In this document: one piece after another, positions 9,804 through 19,170 of the stretch
Layout of the letters: each line of letters opens with the position of its first letter
Position numbering within the stretch: position 1 is the stretch's first letter
Assembly (NCBI GenBank): GCA_021604765.1
Contig: BQJP01000001.1
Coordinates: 262,226-326,225 of the forward strand
Source of the DNA: Thermodesulfobacteriota bacterium
Lineage (GTDB): Bacteria > Desulfobacterota_D > UBA1144 > Nemesobacterales > UBA2774
DNA: 64,000 nucleotides
Reading direction: 5' to 3'
Translations under genes and position numbers: made by a program
Notes under the pieces: model-generated
Seen by the model: only the letters and a program-made list of their open reading frames with translations
Database searches by the model: none
Told to the model about the DNA's origin: nothing

Positions 9804-10184
9804 ATGGATGGCAAATTAGTAGAACTTGGGGTAGGGCTAATAGCGGCAATTCTAGTAATCCGAGAAGTGCTTGGCTTCCTGGACAAGAAGAAATTTCACA
9901 ATGGAGATTCACACGATCACGGAGCGGTAATGAATGAGCATGTAAATGATGTAAGGTTTGCTGTATCAAAGGTAAAAGAAAAAGTGGACGATCTGCACGA
10001 CTGGCACAATAAGCGCGATGAGGACGGAGTGTTTAACTGGTATGTAAGGCGCTCACTTGAAGAAGTGATTAAAGACCTTGGTCAGAAAATAGAGATGCAG
10101 GTTGGCGTACAGACAAAAATTCTCCAGCACATGCAGAAAATGGAAGAGCTCTACAGAAAGAAATTAGATAGAGATGAGGAGTAA
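9804..10184 (+). CDS. Phage membrane protein with an N-terminal TM helix and a charged helical region; last gene of the phage block.
   Basis: The TM segment is LVELGVGLIAAILVI. It is the last + strand gene before the truncated host gene. Confidence 0.35.
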   Translation: MDGKLVELGVGLIAAILVIREVLGFLDKKKFHNGDSHDHGAVMNEHVNDVRFAVSKVKEKVDDLHDWHNKRDEDGVFNWYVRRSLEEVIKDLGQKIEMQVGVQTKILQHMQKMEELYRKKLDRDEE

Positions 10185-10191
10185 AACCAAC

Positions 10192-11400
10192 TTAATTCTG
10201 AACTATTACAATATTGCCTTCTGTATCCACATAACCCAGATCGCCCGTTATAAACCATCCATGCTGTAGTTTCTCTGAAGTAGTATTCTTGTTATTCCAA
10301 TATCCGGGAGTCACCATCTGACCCGCTACACATATCTCTCCAACTTCGCCCACCGAAACATTTCTACCATCTGCACCTATAATCCTTATATTTACTCCCG
10401 GCAAAGCTTTTCCAATTGAGCTTGTTCCCCCGCTGTTGAGCTCTCTATTTATAGTGAGCCAAATTGCCTCTGTCATGCCGTAGCCAAGTTGTATTATCAG
10501 GCCGGAATGATCATAAAACTTTTTTTGGAGTTCTGTAGAGATCGATTTCCCTCCGGTATAGATTCCTCTTAAAGTGGCGAATGTGTCTTTCTCCGTCATT
10601 CCTGAGTCGAGTATTTTCTCATAAACTCCGATGTGTGTAATCATCAGTGTAGGGCGTTCGTTTACAAGAGCGGGGATGGTATCCTCAACTCTATACCCCT
10701 CGTGCACAAAAATTGTCGCGCCATAGTTTAGCCCTGTGAATGTCTCAAGAAATCCGCTTATATTTATCTGTGGGTCAAGGACGAGTATCCTGTCATTTTC
10801 AGTAACATTTTCTAAAGCCGCTGAAGTGGATTCAAATATTCCAGTCATTGACGAGTAAGTGTGTGTGATTCCGTTAAACCCTCCATTTGCAGAAGGGGTG
10901 TAGAAAACCACAGCAGGATCATTCTCACTCACTTGCGTTTCATTGTATTCCCCAGCAGGTCCAAGCAGTGAGTAGAAATTATTGTAACCCTCTCTTGGTA
11001 CAACTCCGTTTACATATACAGTCTGTACTGAAGTTTTTTTGAGATCTATTTCTTCAAGCAAGCTAAGCTTGTCGAGTTCTATAATGAGACACTTTGCCCC
11101 TGATTCAATCAGAATATTTCTGAGCTCTCCCGCACCCAGTCTTCTACTTAAGGGCATTGCCACAGCTCCGGATTTAAAACAGGCCAGATAAGTAACCATA
11201 AGGTCAAACCCGTTAGGCATCATAAACGCAATGGGCTCACCCTTTAGTTCCATGGCGGTAAACCAAGTGGACATATGGCGTGACATAAGCTCGAGGTCTC
11301 CGTAAGTAAAAGACTCTTCTTTAAACTTAAGCGCAATGGTGTCCAGGTTTCTCTCTAATGTGAAATCTCTAATGTTTTCTATTCTGTTTGAGTCGCTCAT
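10192..11400 (-). pseudogene. AMP-dependent synthetase/ligase (adenylate-forming) truncated after the TGD motif, with a degenerate P-loop.
   Basis: Motifs GYGMTE, GEICV.G..V..GYW and WFITGDLG are present. The ORF stops about 20 aa later. The C-terminal subdomain of roughly 100 aa is missing. The stop sits 8 bp from the phage block. Confidence 0.45.
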
Positions 11401-11450
11401 AAGGACGTAATCTTAACAGGGAATCCACTCTATTCAAAGGTGGTTTGGTT

Positions 11451-11873
11451 CTATGGAAGGATAATGTCGCAAGTGAAATCAAAGGGACCTGAACCGTTTA
11501 GGTTTGCAAATCCGATAAATGAATTACCTGGTAGAATTTCCGATGTGGAAAGTATTGCCTCTCCAACAACTTCTCCTGTATCAGATAAAAGATCACAGTC
11601 GAGATTAGTGCAGCGGTCTATTCTGCTACAGTCCTCGCCGTTAATTATTGAAAAGTCTATCGGTGGCAAAGGGCCTCCCATCTGCTGAGTGAACTCACAT
11701 TCAAACGAGTTGCATACTGCTTTTATTGCATCATTTGGACATCCAGCAAAGGCAAGCATGAAGTTATTTACGTTTGTAATCTCAGTACATTGATTGTTGC
11801 CCCCGCTGTCACAAGCTGTGAGGCTAAGAAGAAAGAATATCGGAATGATTAAAACTAAGAGCTTGTTCTTCAT
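11451..11873 (-). CDS. Cys-rich lipoprotein, hypothetical.
   Basis: Signal peptide with lipobox LTAC. Confidence 0.4.
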   Translation of the reverse strand: MKNKLLVLIIPIFFLLSLTACDSGGNNQCTEITNVNNFMLAFAGCPNDAIKAVCNSFECEFTQQMGGPLPPIDFSIINGEDCSRIDRCTNLDCDLLSDTGEVVGEAILSTSEILPGNSFIGFANLNGSGPFDFTCDIILP

Positions 11874-11956
11874 AATGCAATTGTCTCTGATTTTTTAGGT
11901 GGTTTCTACAAAAATTTAATTATAATAATAAATTCACAATAGAGCGCTTGGCGGTA

Positions 11957-12340
11957 TTACCACTCCTCACCAATCCATTTGATCGCTTCTTCAAGCTCGT
12001 CGTTGTGAAATACTTTTACATCCCCGGGGACTGACATTGTCTCGATTGCAAAGCCGAATATTTTCCCCGCCTGCTGGATCCAATTCACATCAGTCACAAT
12101 TGCGATCTTCTCCCAGTCTGTAATATGAGCAAGCCCGACTTTGGCATCATCCCACATAGCGCCTGCTTCAAATCTCTCAAACTCTTCCCCCAGATGATAA
12201 AGGAGACGAACCTTTTCGTGGAGCTTAAGTTTGTCTTCCACAGTGGGTATCAAAACCGTTTCGTAGTCTTCTGCGGTTACATTGCCCTTGGCAGTAAATC
12301 CCACAGCATTGTCTGGTAATCCTTCGATTGGTTCTAACAT
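11957..12340 (-). CDS. SpoIIAA/STAS-like small protein (DUF3478-like).
   Basis: The call rests on size and remembered family similarity only. Confidence 0.3.
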   Translation of the reverse strand: MLEPIEGLPDNAVGFTAKGNVTAEDYETVLIPTVEDKLKLHEKVRLLYHLGEEFERFEAGAMWDDAKVGLAHITDWEKIAIVTDVNWIQQAGKIFGFAIETMSVPGDVKVFHNDELEEAIKWIGEEW

Positions 12341-12408
12341 TGCTCCTCCCTCCAGTAAGTTCTAGATATATATTACATTATAAATTCCCACGAGTAGAAA
12401 TGTTTTTG

Positions 12409-14343
12409 CTAAGGGCGTTTAATTCCAAGTGTTTTAATGCGTGATCTGAGTGTCGAAGGGTTCATTCCAAGCAATTCTGCTGCACCGTTTTTACCGTAAA
12501 TACGCCATTTTGTCGATTCAAGTGCGTTTAATAAATTGTCCTGCTCGAGCTTCTTGAAGTCGTTCTCGGTAATAACACCGCGCTCATTGCTGTCCAGTAA
12601 GTTCTCTTCAAGACTTGAGAAGTTCCCGTTTGTTTCGGGCAACGTATTGTCGAGCATTAACTCAGAGCCTGGTGATGTAATAAGTGATCTCTCGATTACA
12701 TTATGAAGCTCTCTTATATTCCCAGGCCAGCTGTAACTTTTTAAACGCTCTGTAATATCAGGCGACAGCGGCCCCAATCTTCTGCCAAATCTTTTTGCGC
12801 ACTTCTCAACAAATGCAGATGCTAGTAGAGGGATATCATCTGGGCGATCCTTGAGAGGTGGAACATTGATCGGAAAGACATTTAGTCTGTAAAAAAGGTC
12901 TTCACGAAACTTGCCTTCTCTTACCATCTCGTTTAAATCACGATTAGTAGCGCAAATTGCCCGCACATCAACTTTAACAGTTATAGAGCTTCCAACAGGG
13001 TCAAATTCTCCTTCCTGAAGTACTCGGAGTAATTTAGACTGCAAATCAAGCGGGAGTTCTCCAATCTCATCCAGAAATATTGTGCCCCCATCCGCTAAAC
13101 TAAAACGCCCTTCGCGTTTAGAGGTGGCTCCGGTGAACGCTCCTTTTTCGTGCCCAAAGAATTCACTCTCCATTAAAGCAGGTGATATAGCAGCGCAGTT
13201 AACTTTTATTAAAGGCTTATCACTTCTTTTGCTCCGGTTGTGAATAGCCCTTGCTACAAGCTCCTTCCCTGTTCCTGTATCTCCCGTGACTAAAACAGTC
13301 GCGTGAGTTTGGGCTACCTGGTTTATCTCATTTAATACTTTCTTTATTGCTCTGCTATTGCCTATTATTTCATTGTAATCTGATAACTCTTTTATCTCTT
13401 GCTGTAAATATTTAGTCTCATCGATCAGCGTGTTGATCTTCCTCTCTGCTTCAATCCTCTCGTTTACATTTCTTAGTATTACTGTGTAGAAGATCTCTCC
13501 CTCTATTTCAAAGCCTGAGAGAGTGGCTTCTGTTAAGAGTACATGGCGGTTTGCTGTGATAATTTGAAGCCCCCCAGTTATCCAAAGGTTTCTCTTCTCC
13601 TGAGGCAATAAATATAATTCCTTTAGAAGTTCAGCTATTTTGATCTGGCTCTCTTTTCCCAGGAATTCATAAAAGTCTTGGTCTTGAATTTCTGTTTTGG
13701 ATAGCCCAAACAGCTCTTCACCGGCAGGATTTACCATCTTTACTTGTGCTCTGACGTTAAGCTCGATAATCGCATCCATGGTCGAGCCAACAAGCTGAGA
13801 TAACTTCTGTTCACGCTCTCTCACCTGCGATTCAGCACGCAGTCTCTGCAGCTCAGCCGCAGCGCGCGCAGCGAATATATTAAAAACCCCGATTAGCTTT
13901 GGGTCCTCAGGGATAGCTTTTGTATCGAGTACTGCAATATAGCCGAGCGCTCTACCGTCTAAGTCTTTAAGCGGAACACCCATATAACTCACTGCGTTTA
14001 GCTCTTTTAAAGTCGGATTATCAGGAAAAAAATCTATGATATTTTCAGGGTAGTGGACAAATTTATCATCTATAATAACTTCCTCACACACCGTGCCTGC
14101 AATGTCATACTCATAATCCTCAATCCACTTTCCACCCATAAGGAACGCAAGTCCGCGGAGCTTTCGCGTTTCTGATATATACTCTGTAATCCACGCCCCA
14201 TCTGTTCCTAAGGCCAGGCTCAAATTTTCCACTAGTGAGCGGAAGAATTCTTCACCCGTATGTGTAACTGTGCCCTCAACGATGTTTCTTAAGACCGCAT
14301 CCTCATCGAAGATGCGGTCGGATTTGTTTTCTTGGTCTGTCAT
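12409..14343 (-). CDS. Sigma-54-dependent transcriptional activator (bEBP) with GAF, PAS, AAA+ and Fis-type HTH domains.
   Basis: Walker A GDTGTGKE, the GAFTGA motif, and a C-terminal [24 protein letters not shown]. Confidence 0.9.
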   Translation of the reverse strand: MTDQENKSDRIFDEDAVLRNIVEGTVTHTGEEFFRSLVENLSLALGTDGAWITEYISETRKLRGLAFLMGGKWIEDYEYDIAGTVCEEVIIDDKFVHYPENIIDFFPDNPTLKELNAVSYMGVPLKDLDGRALGYIAVLDTKAIPEDPKLIGVFNIFAARAAAELQRLRAESQVREREQKLSQLVGSTMDAIIELNVRAQVKMVNPAGEELFGLSKTEIQDQDFYEFLGKESQIKIAELLKELYLLPQEKRNLWITGGLQIITANRHVLLTEATLSGFEIEGEIFYTVILRNVNERIEAERKINTLIDETKYLQQEIKELSDYNEIIGNSRAIKKVLNEINQVAQTHATVLVTGDTGTGKELVARAIHNRSKRSDKPLIKVNCAAISPALMESEFFGHEKGAFTGATSKREGRFSLADGGTIFLDEIGELPLDLQSKLLRVLQEGEFDPVGSSITVKVDVRAICATNRDLNEMVREGKFREDLFYRLNVFPINVPPLKDRPDDIPLLASAFVEKCAKRFGRRLGPLSPDITERLKSYSWPGNIRELHNVIERSLITSPGSELMLDNTLPETNGNFSSLEENLLDSNERGVITENDFKKLEQDNLLNALESTKWRIYGKNGAAELLGMNPSTLRSRIKTLGIKRP

Positions 14344-14412
14344 CAGAATTAATTCCTTATCACCATTCTATCATAGCGAGCTAAACATAACAGTTGTTTT
14401 AAATCGCTTTGG

Positions 14413-14985
14413 TTATTTCTGCTCAATATTAACTTCCACGTTTGTACCGTTTCTGGCGACATCTAAAATTGGCGAAAAAGTTGTAAGCTGTTTTAATTTT
14501 TCAATATCGTCAGTGTCGGATTTTATCTTAAAGTTGATCCGAATATTCTCATAACCTTTTCTGACTTCATCGTTTATTCCTAGCAGCCCTCTAAAATCTA
14601 CATCCCCCTCAATCTCAGACTCGAGCTCTTCAATCTTTATTCCCTGCACGGCTGCGTGATAGACAAGTGTAGTGGTAATGCAAGAGGCTAGGGCATTTAA
14701 GAAATGCTCGGGTGGACTTGCGCCTCTGTCCTTACCGGCAAACACCGGGTGCACATCTGAGTTTAACTCAAACGGCTCTTCGTGGGTATTCTCCTGGCTC
14801 GCTCCAAAACATGATGAAATGGTTGAGTGATTGTGCCCGCCGTCTACCCACTTGTTTGAAAGTTTAAACTTAAAATTGGCAAGCTCCTCATTCTCACAGA
14901 ATGCGTTTACTGCGTTTACAACGTGGTCCACATCCACTCCGTTTAATGTGTTTACCGTCTCTGAAGTATTCTTTTGATCTGACAT
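14413..14985 (-). CDS. OsmC/Ohr family peroxiredoxin-like protein.
   Basis: PEHFLNALASCITTT matches the OsmC signature PEELLLAALASC. It is co-oriented with and immediately upstream of the bEBP gene. Confidence 0.65.
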   Translation of the reverse strand: MSDQKNTSETVNTLNGVDVDHVVNAVNAFCENEELANFKFKLSNKWVDGGHNHSTISSCFGASQENTHEEPFELNSDVHPVFAGKDRGASPPEHFLNALASCITTTLVYHAAVQGIKIEELESEIEGDVDFRGLLGINDEVRKGYENIRINFKIKSDTDDIEKLKQLTTFSPILDVARNGTNVEVNIEQK

Positions 14986-15027
14986 GATTACTACCTCCTA
15001 AGTAGATTTGATTTACTTATACTTTAG

Positions 15028-15044
15028 TGCATCAACCATGCCAA
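15028..15044 (-). promoter_or_regulatory. Candidate sigma-54 -24/-12 promoter (TGGCAT-N6-ATGCA, GG-N10-GC spacing) driving the osmC-bEBP operon.
   Basis: The minus strand reads TTGGCATGGTTGATGCA. This lies about 40 nt upstream of the osmC ATG. Confidence 0.5.
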
Positions 15045-15111
15045 CACACATGTGTGTGTGAATATGTAGTCGCTACAGTGGGTTAGGAGTTGTCTCTCAA
15101 GTTGTTTTAGT

Positions 15112-15166
15112 TGTGAGATTTCACGAACTGTGAGATTTCACGGTAAATATCAGCGAAATATCACGG
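15112..15166. promoter_or_regulatory. Tandem direct repeats (TGTGAGATTTCACG x2 plus ATATCAGCG / ATATCACGG): candidate upstream activator sites.
   Basis: The repeats are exact at 17-bp spacing. They sit about 95-150 bp upstream of the candidate sigma-54 promoter. Confidence 0.4.
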
Positions 15167-15236
15167 TTTTCTGAAGCCAACGTTTAACTTTCCTGCGCTG
15201 GGATTAGCTTAGATTTGTGAATAGTAAAGCGAAGAA

Positions 15237-15277
15237 GAAAAGGGGGCCTTAACTGCATGCACCAAGCCCCCTTTCTT
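15237..15277. terminator. Hairpin terminator of the GGGGGC/GCCCCC type flanked by an A-run and a T-run.
   Basis: Downstream of the 15305..16153 gene. Confidence 0.45.
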
Positions 15278-15304
15278 GTTGTTATTTTGGTTCTTACTTA
15301 ATTT

Positions 15305-16153
15305 CTATTGTTCGCAGCGTCTAAGTGATTCACCAAGGCAAATATCGTTCCCTCTGCCGCCGTTTATATAATCATTACCATCTTCACCGTCGATATCATC
15401 GTCTCCCCATCCTCCCCAGGCTCTGTCGTCACCAAATCCTAAATCAGCGATATCATGGCCAAATCCTGCAAATACTCTGTCATTTCCAGCGCCTGAATCT
15501 ATGCAGTCGTGTCCGGGAAATGCAAAGATCACATCATTTCCAGGTGTCCCGCATATAATGTCGTCCCTAAAGGTGCCGTAGATATAGGTCTTGCCTCTAT
15601 ATGTAAAACCCTCTGTAATTGCGTTGGAATCTGTACAATCGCATATTTCACAAGCGTCTCCAATGCCGTCCATATCGCCATCTTCCTGTCCGGGATTTGG
15701 ATCATCAATGCAGTTGTCATTAGCATCTGCCACACCGTCCATGTCTGTATCCATAATCGTTTCCTCAACACACATCCCGGTATCTATATCACATATCGGA
15801 AATGAAGGGTCCATGCAGTCTGTGTCACTAACGCAAGTATCAGGAGGGCCTTCACACACGCCAGTAGGGCCGCAGAACGGTTTGCTTGGGTCTGTACAGT
15901 CAGAATCTGTGGTACATGTATCTGCTGCAATGCATTGTACACTTTCAAAACAAGCTGTCTGACTAAGAGTTATATCGCATTCTTCGTCCGCATTACAATT
16001 CAGCACCGAACAAACAATTTCGGCGGAAGGACAGATGATGCCAATGTTTCCTAATTCAATTGCAATCAGACCATATTCAATTGCCGTTGCCCCATGCGAC
16101 TTAGGCGCCATCAAACCTAAAGCTAAAATAAGAGCTAAAATAAATTTTAACAT
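15305..16153 (-). CDS. Secreted Cys-rich calcium-binding protein with thrombospondin type-3-like Asp-rich repeats and RTX-like GGxGxD repeats.
   Basis: Signal peptide present. Repeats DTDMDGVADANDNC, DGDMDGIGDAC and GGRGNDICLG are visible. Confidence 0.45.
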   Translation of the reverse strand: MLKFILALILALGLMAPKSHGATAIEYGLIAIELGNIGIICPSAEIVCSVLNCNADEECDITLSQTACFESVQCIAADTCTTDSDCTDPSKPFCGPTGVCEGPPDTCVSDTDCMDPSFPICDIDTGMCVEETIMDTDMDGVADANDNCIDDPNPGQEDGDMDGIGDACEICDCTDSNAITEGFTYRGKTYIYGTFRDDIICGTPGNDVIFAFPGHDCIDSGAGNDRVFAGFGHDIADLGFGDDRAWGGWGDDDIDGEDGNDYINGGRGNDICLGESLRRCEQ

Positions 16154-16435
16154 TCTACAACCTCCTTAGAATATTTAGATGCGACTAATCTAATACCCCA
16201 AAAGGAGACGCTCCTTAAAGTAATTTTGCCATAGCTATCTTCAAGGAATCTTTCTGTTCCGCCCCATACACCGTTCTATATTGAACCCTCCGCCCAGGGA
16301 TCCTCCATAATCATTGGAAAATTCAATTTGTTCAAAATCAATTGAGGTACCTACCGCATCTAGTTTCATTATTTGCATATATAGACAAATAAGTCAAGGA
16401 TTATTTTGATCAAACGTATGTTCGGCAGGAAGGCC

Positions 16436-16480
16436 TACAAAAAAAGGAGCTAATACAGCTTATGTACTAGCTCCCTTTGG
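16436..16480. terminator. GGAGC / GCTCC hairpin terminator flanked by an A-run and a T-run.
   Basis: Downstream of 16511..17398. Confidence 0.45.
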
Positions 16481-16510
16481 TAAATTCTTAATTGAAATAT
16501 TTTTTAGATT

Positions 16511-17398
16511 TTAAGCAGCAACTTGCCTTCTTCTCATAACCATAAATCCAACTACTCCAAGAACACCAGCCATTGCAATCAAACCCCATTCAGATAGGGT
16601 TGGAACTGGTGAAGGTCCGCACGTGTCGAGCCACGCTAGACCGTCAATTTGTTCACCGTCAGCATTATTGGGGCCTATCAGCGTAGATGCGCCTGTATTT
16701 ACATTTAAGCTATACAATTCAATGCTGTTGTTTGCATAGAGAATTTCGTTTCGCTCGTCGTATGCTAAGCCCATGTTGTTTCCGGGTTCTGAGACGCCTG
16801 TGGCGCCAACTAAGCTTGTGTCCCCGGTGGTGGTGGAAATCGTATATAAATTTCCTTCTACATTCAGACCATACAAAATCTCATTTGCATCGTCATATGC
16901 TAATCCGGCGAACTCAAGACCTGAACCTACACCTATTGTCTGAGTATTCCCATTAGGGAACTGCACTGTGAGTATGCTTTCGTTATCTTCATCAGTGGAA
17001 TATAAAATGTTTTCTCCACAGTCGTCAGATGCCAGCCCCCACCAGTTGCTCGATCCGTTCTGATCGCCCAGAAATGTAATAACACCATTTGTTGCTATGG
17101 AACCTATGGTAAATTCATCCGGTATAGGGCTTCCAGGATAATCTTCGAGATCAACGCCGTAAAGAGTTCCCTCTATGTAAGATAGCCCTACTATGCTCGT
17201 CTCTCCATCGGTTGTTACAAATGGTGTTGCCTGGCCGGTGTTGGGACTAATAGTGTACAATACGCCGACATCTGCACTTGAGAGTCCGATCAACCCTTGA
17301 GGGAATCCCTGGGCATTTACTGCGCCTGCTGTTAAGAATAGAGCCAGCATTAACACTAAATTAATTCTGGCAAATAGATATACCAATCTGTTTTGCAT
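16511..17398 (-). CDS. Secreted repeat protein (beta-propeller-like) carrying a C-terminal IPTL-CTERM sorting domain.
   Basis: Signal peptide present. The C-terminus is VPTLSEWGLIAMAGVLGVVGFMVMRRRQVAA. RBS GGAGGA. Confidence 0.6.
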   Translation of the reverse strand: MQNRLVYLFARINLVLMLALFLTAGAVNAQGFPQGLIGLSSADVGVLYTISPNTGQATPFVTTDGETSIVGLSYIEGTLYGVDLEDYPGSPIPDEFTIGSIATNGVITFLGDQNGSSNWWGLASDDCGENILYSTDEDNESILTVQFPNGNTQTIGVGSGLEFAGLAYDDANEILYGLNVEGNLYTISTTTGDTSLVGATGVSEPGNNMGLAYDERNEILYANNSIELYSLNVNTGASTLIGPNNADGEQIDGLAWLDTCGPSPVPTLSEWGLIAMAGVLGVVGFMVMRRRQVAA

Positions 17399-17438
17399 AT
17401 CATCCTCCGAGATATTTGGTTTTCTTTTCTGTTTTTAT

Positions 17439-18143
17439 TTAAGCAGCAACTTGCCTTCTTCTAACAACCATAAATCCAACTATTCCAAGAACACCAGCCA
17501 TTGCGATCAAACCCCATTCAGATAGGGTAGGGACTTCTGTAGGTGCAATTTCAGCCATATAAACAATTCTTTCATAAGACATGGCGTCGGGACCACTATT
17601 TAAGTCACCTTCATTATTTCCAATACTTCCACACCTGTATCCGCCAACATCTCCCTGCAAGTGCCAGCACAACCTTTCGTTGTTTGCACCACTGGAATCA
17701 ACATCGCAATTGTTTTTTTCAACACTGTCTCCAGCTCTTACAAATCCCCATGCAGCTCCCTCTTCATCTCCCATGAGACCGTCATTATTAAAATACCAGC
17801 CCACACCGTTGGCTATGTGGGTAAAATCGTTGTTGTCATTACCCGTATTGAAAGTAACGTCACTTCTTTCACCCTGTGCGAGGAGCATAATTGTCTGACT
17901 TCCAACTGGTTTGCAGGCTAGCATCAATCGCTCTCCTGGGCAATTGGCGAGCACTTCATCAGCATTCATGAATATATTATAAGTGTCGCGGTAGCATTCA
18001 ACCCAACCGCCATTGTTTACTGTTGCTATTGGAACATTTGTCTGTGGCCCAAATGGCAGATACTGAGCTTTAGCTTCAACACTATAAAAAGATGGAATAA
18101 AAACAAGGGATAAAACTATAAAGAAATATCTAAAATTTGTCAT
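17439..18143 (-). CDS. Secreted protein with an IPTL-CTERM tail. Start revised to the ATG at 18143.
   Basis: The C-terminus is VPTLSEWGLIAMAGVLGIVGFMVVRRRQVAA. The signal peptide begins at MTNFRYFFIVLSL. RBS GGAGGA. Confidence 0.55.
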   Translation of the reverse strand: MTNFRYFFIVLSLVFIPSFYSVEAKAQYLPFGPQTNVPIATVNNGGWVECYRDTYNIFMNADEVLANCPGERLMLACKPVGSQTIMLLAQGERSDVTFNTGNDNNDFTHIANGVGWYFNNDGLMGDEEGAAWGFVRAGDSVEKNNCDVDSSGANNERLCWHLQGDVGGYRCGSIGNNEGDLNSGPDAMSYERIVYMAEIAPTEVPTLSEWGLIAMAGVLGIVGFMVVRRRQVAA

Positions 18144-18332
18144 TTTATCATCCTCCATAGACGTATGCCAATTTATATAGATAGTAGTTGATATAACAAT
18201 TTGAGTCAAGGACTAAGTCGGTATTGTTAAGGTAAATCTTTAACTGTCTCACTTGTAGTTATGTAGAGACTACTTTGGAAATTGGGTCAAGAATCATTAT
18301 TATTTAAAAATATATAATGAATCAGGGAGGGA

Positions 18333-19148
18333 TTGCACATGGAGCTCAAAGACTTTTCAGGATACAAGATAATAGACCTTGAGTTTGTACGTACGGTAGG
18401 GATGCCGGGATATGTTACTCACAAGCCTGTATTTGGCTTTGAGATTACTCATCCTCACTCGGATACTGATGCAAATGTTCAAGGAGTACGCACAAGCGCA
18501 TGGGGCAGCATTATTGCTAATGAACACTCAGGCACTCATGTAGACGCGTTTTGTCATCAGGCGGAGAGTGGAATTATGTACGGCGGCGTTGAAATAACTT
18601 CTGAAACTGAGACTAGGGCCGGATTTACCGTACACGGCGCTGAGAATCTGCCCATATTTTTTAATAAGGGGATTCTTCTTGATGTGCCTCCTCTAAAAGG
18701 TTTGGAGTCAATTGAGCCCGGGTATCAGGTAACAGCAGAGGATCTTCTTGAGTGCTGTCGAAAGCAGGATGTTGAGATAACTGAGGGTTGTGTGGTGCTA
18801 GTCAACCTTGGCAACGCCCGATTCTGGAACGATACAGAGCGCTATCTCAATTGCGCAGGGATGAGCGCCGAAGCCTCACAACTGCTAGCTGATAAAAAAG
18901 TTAAAGCCGTCGGTGCCGATAATTTTGCCTGGGACGAGATGGGTCACTTTGAAGAAGAGATGCACTGCAATGGTCCAGGGCATGTGATTCTAATTGTCCG
19001 AAACGGCATAAATATCTTTGAAAATCTCAATCTAACTGAGCTTGCTGCTTCTGGCGCGCACGAATTTATCTTCGTTGCAGCCCCCATAAGAATCAAAGGC
19101 GCCACTGGCGGATCAGTGAGACCATTTGCTTTGATTACCGAGAAATAA
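18333..19148 (+). CDS. Putative cyclase / kynurenine formamidase family protein.
   Basis: The HSGTHVDAFCH motif (HxGTHxDxxxH) is present. Confidence 0.65.
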   Translation: MHMELKDFSGYKIIDLEFVRTVGMPGYVTHKPVFGFEITHPHSDTDANVQGVRTSAWGSIIANEHSGTHVDAFCHQAESGIMYGGVEITSETETRAGFTVHGAENLPIFFNKGILLDVPPLKGLESIEPGYQVTAEDLLECCRKQDVEITEGCVVLVNLGNARFWNDTERYLNCAGMSAEASQLLADKKVKAVGADNFAWDEMGHFEEEMHCNGPGHVILIVRNGINIFENLNLTELAASGAHEFIFVAAPIRIKGATGGSVRPFALITEK

Positions 19149-19170
19149 GATCAGTAATAAGCGGGAATAA

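Noticed and set aside
10185-10200. A tRNA gene expected at a prophage boundary.
   Set aside because: No tRNA-like T-arm or acceptor structure was recognisable by eye near 10190 or elsewhere. The boundary instead abuts a truncated protein-coding gene. A tRNA scan would be needed to be certain.
15112-15166. Short direct repeats with 17-bp periodicity, considered as a mini-CRISPR or an iteron.
   Set aside because: There are only 2-4 copies of a 14-bp motif with no spacer-like unique sequences. Their position upstream of a sigma-54 promoter fits activator binding sites better.
15325-15962. Stack of overlapping + strand and - strand ORFs (15325..15558, 15509..15805, 15529..15771, 15591..15962) inside the Ca-binding protein gene.
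   Set aside because: They are artefacts of the Asp/Cys-rich repetitive coding sequence on the - strand.
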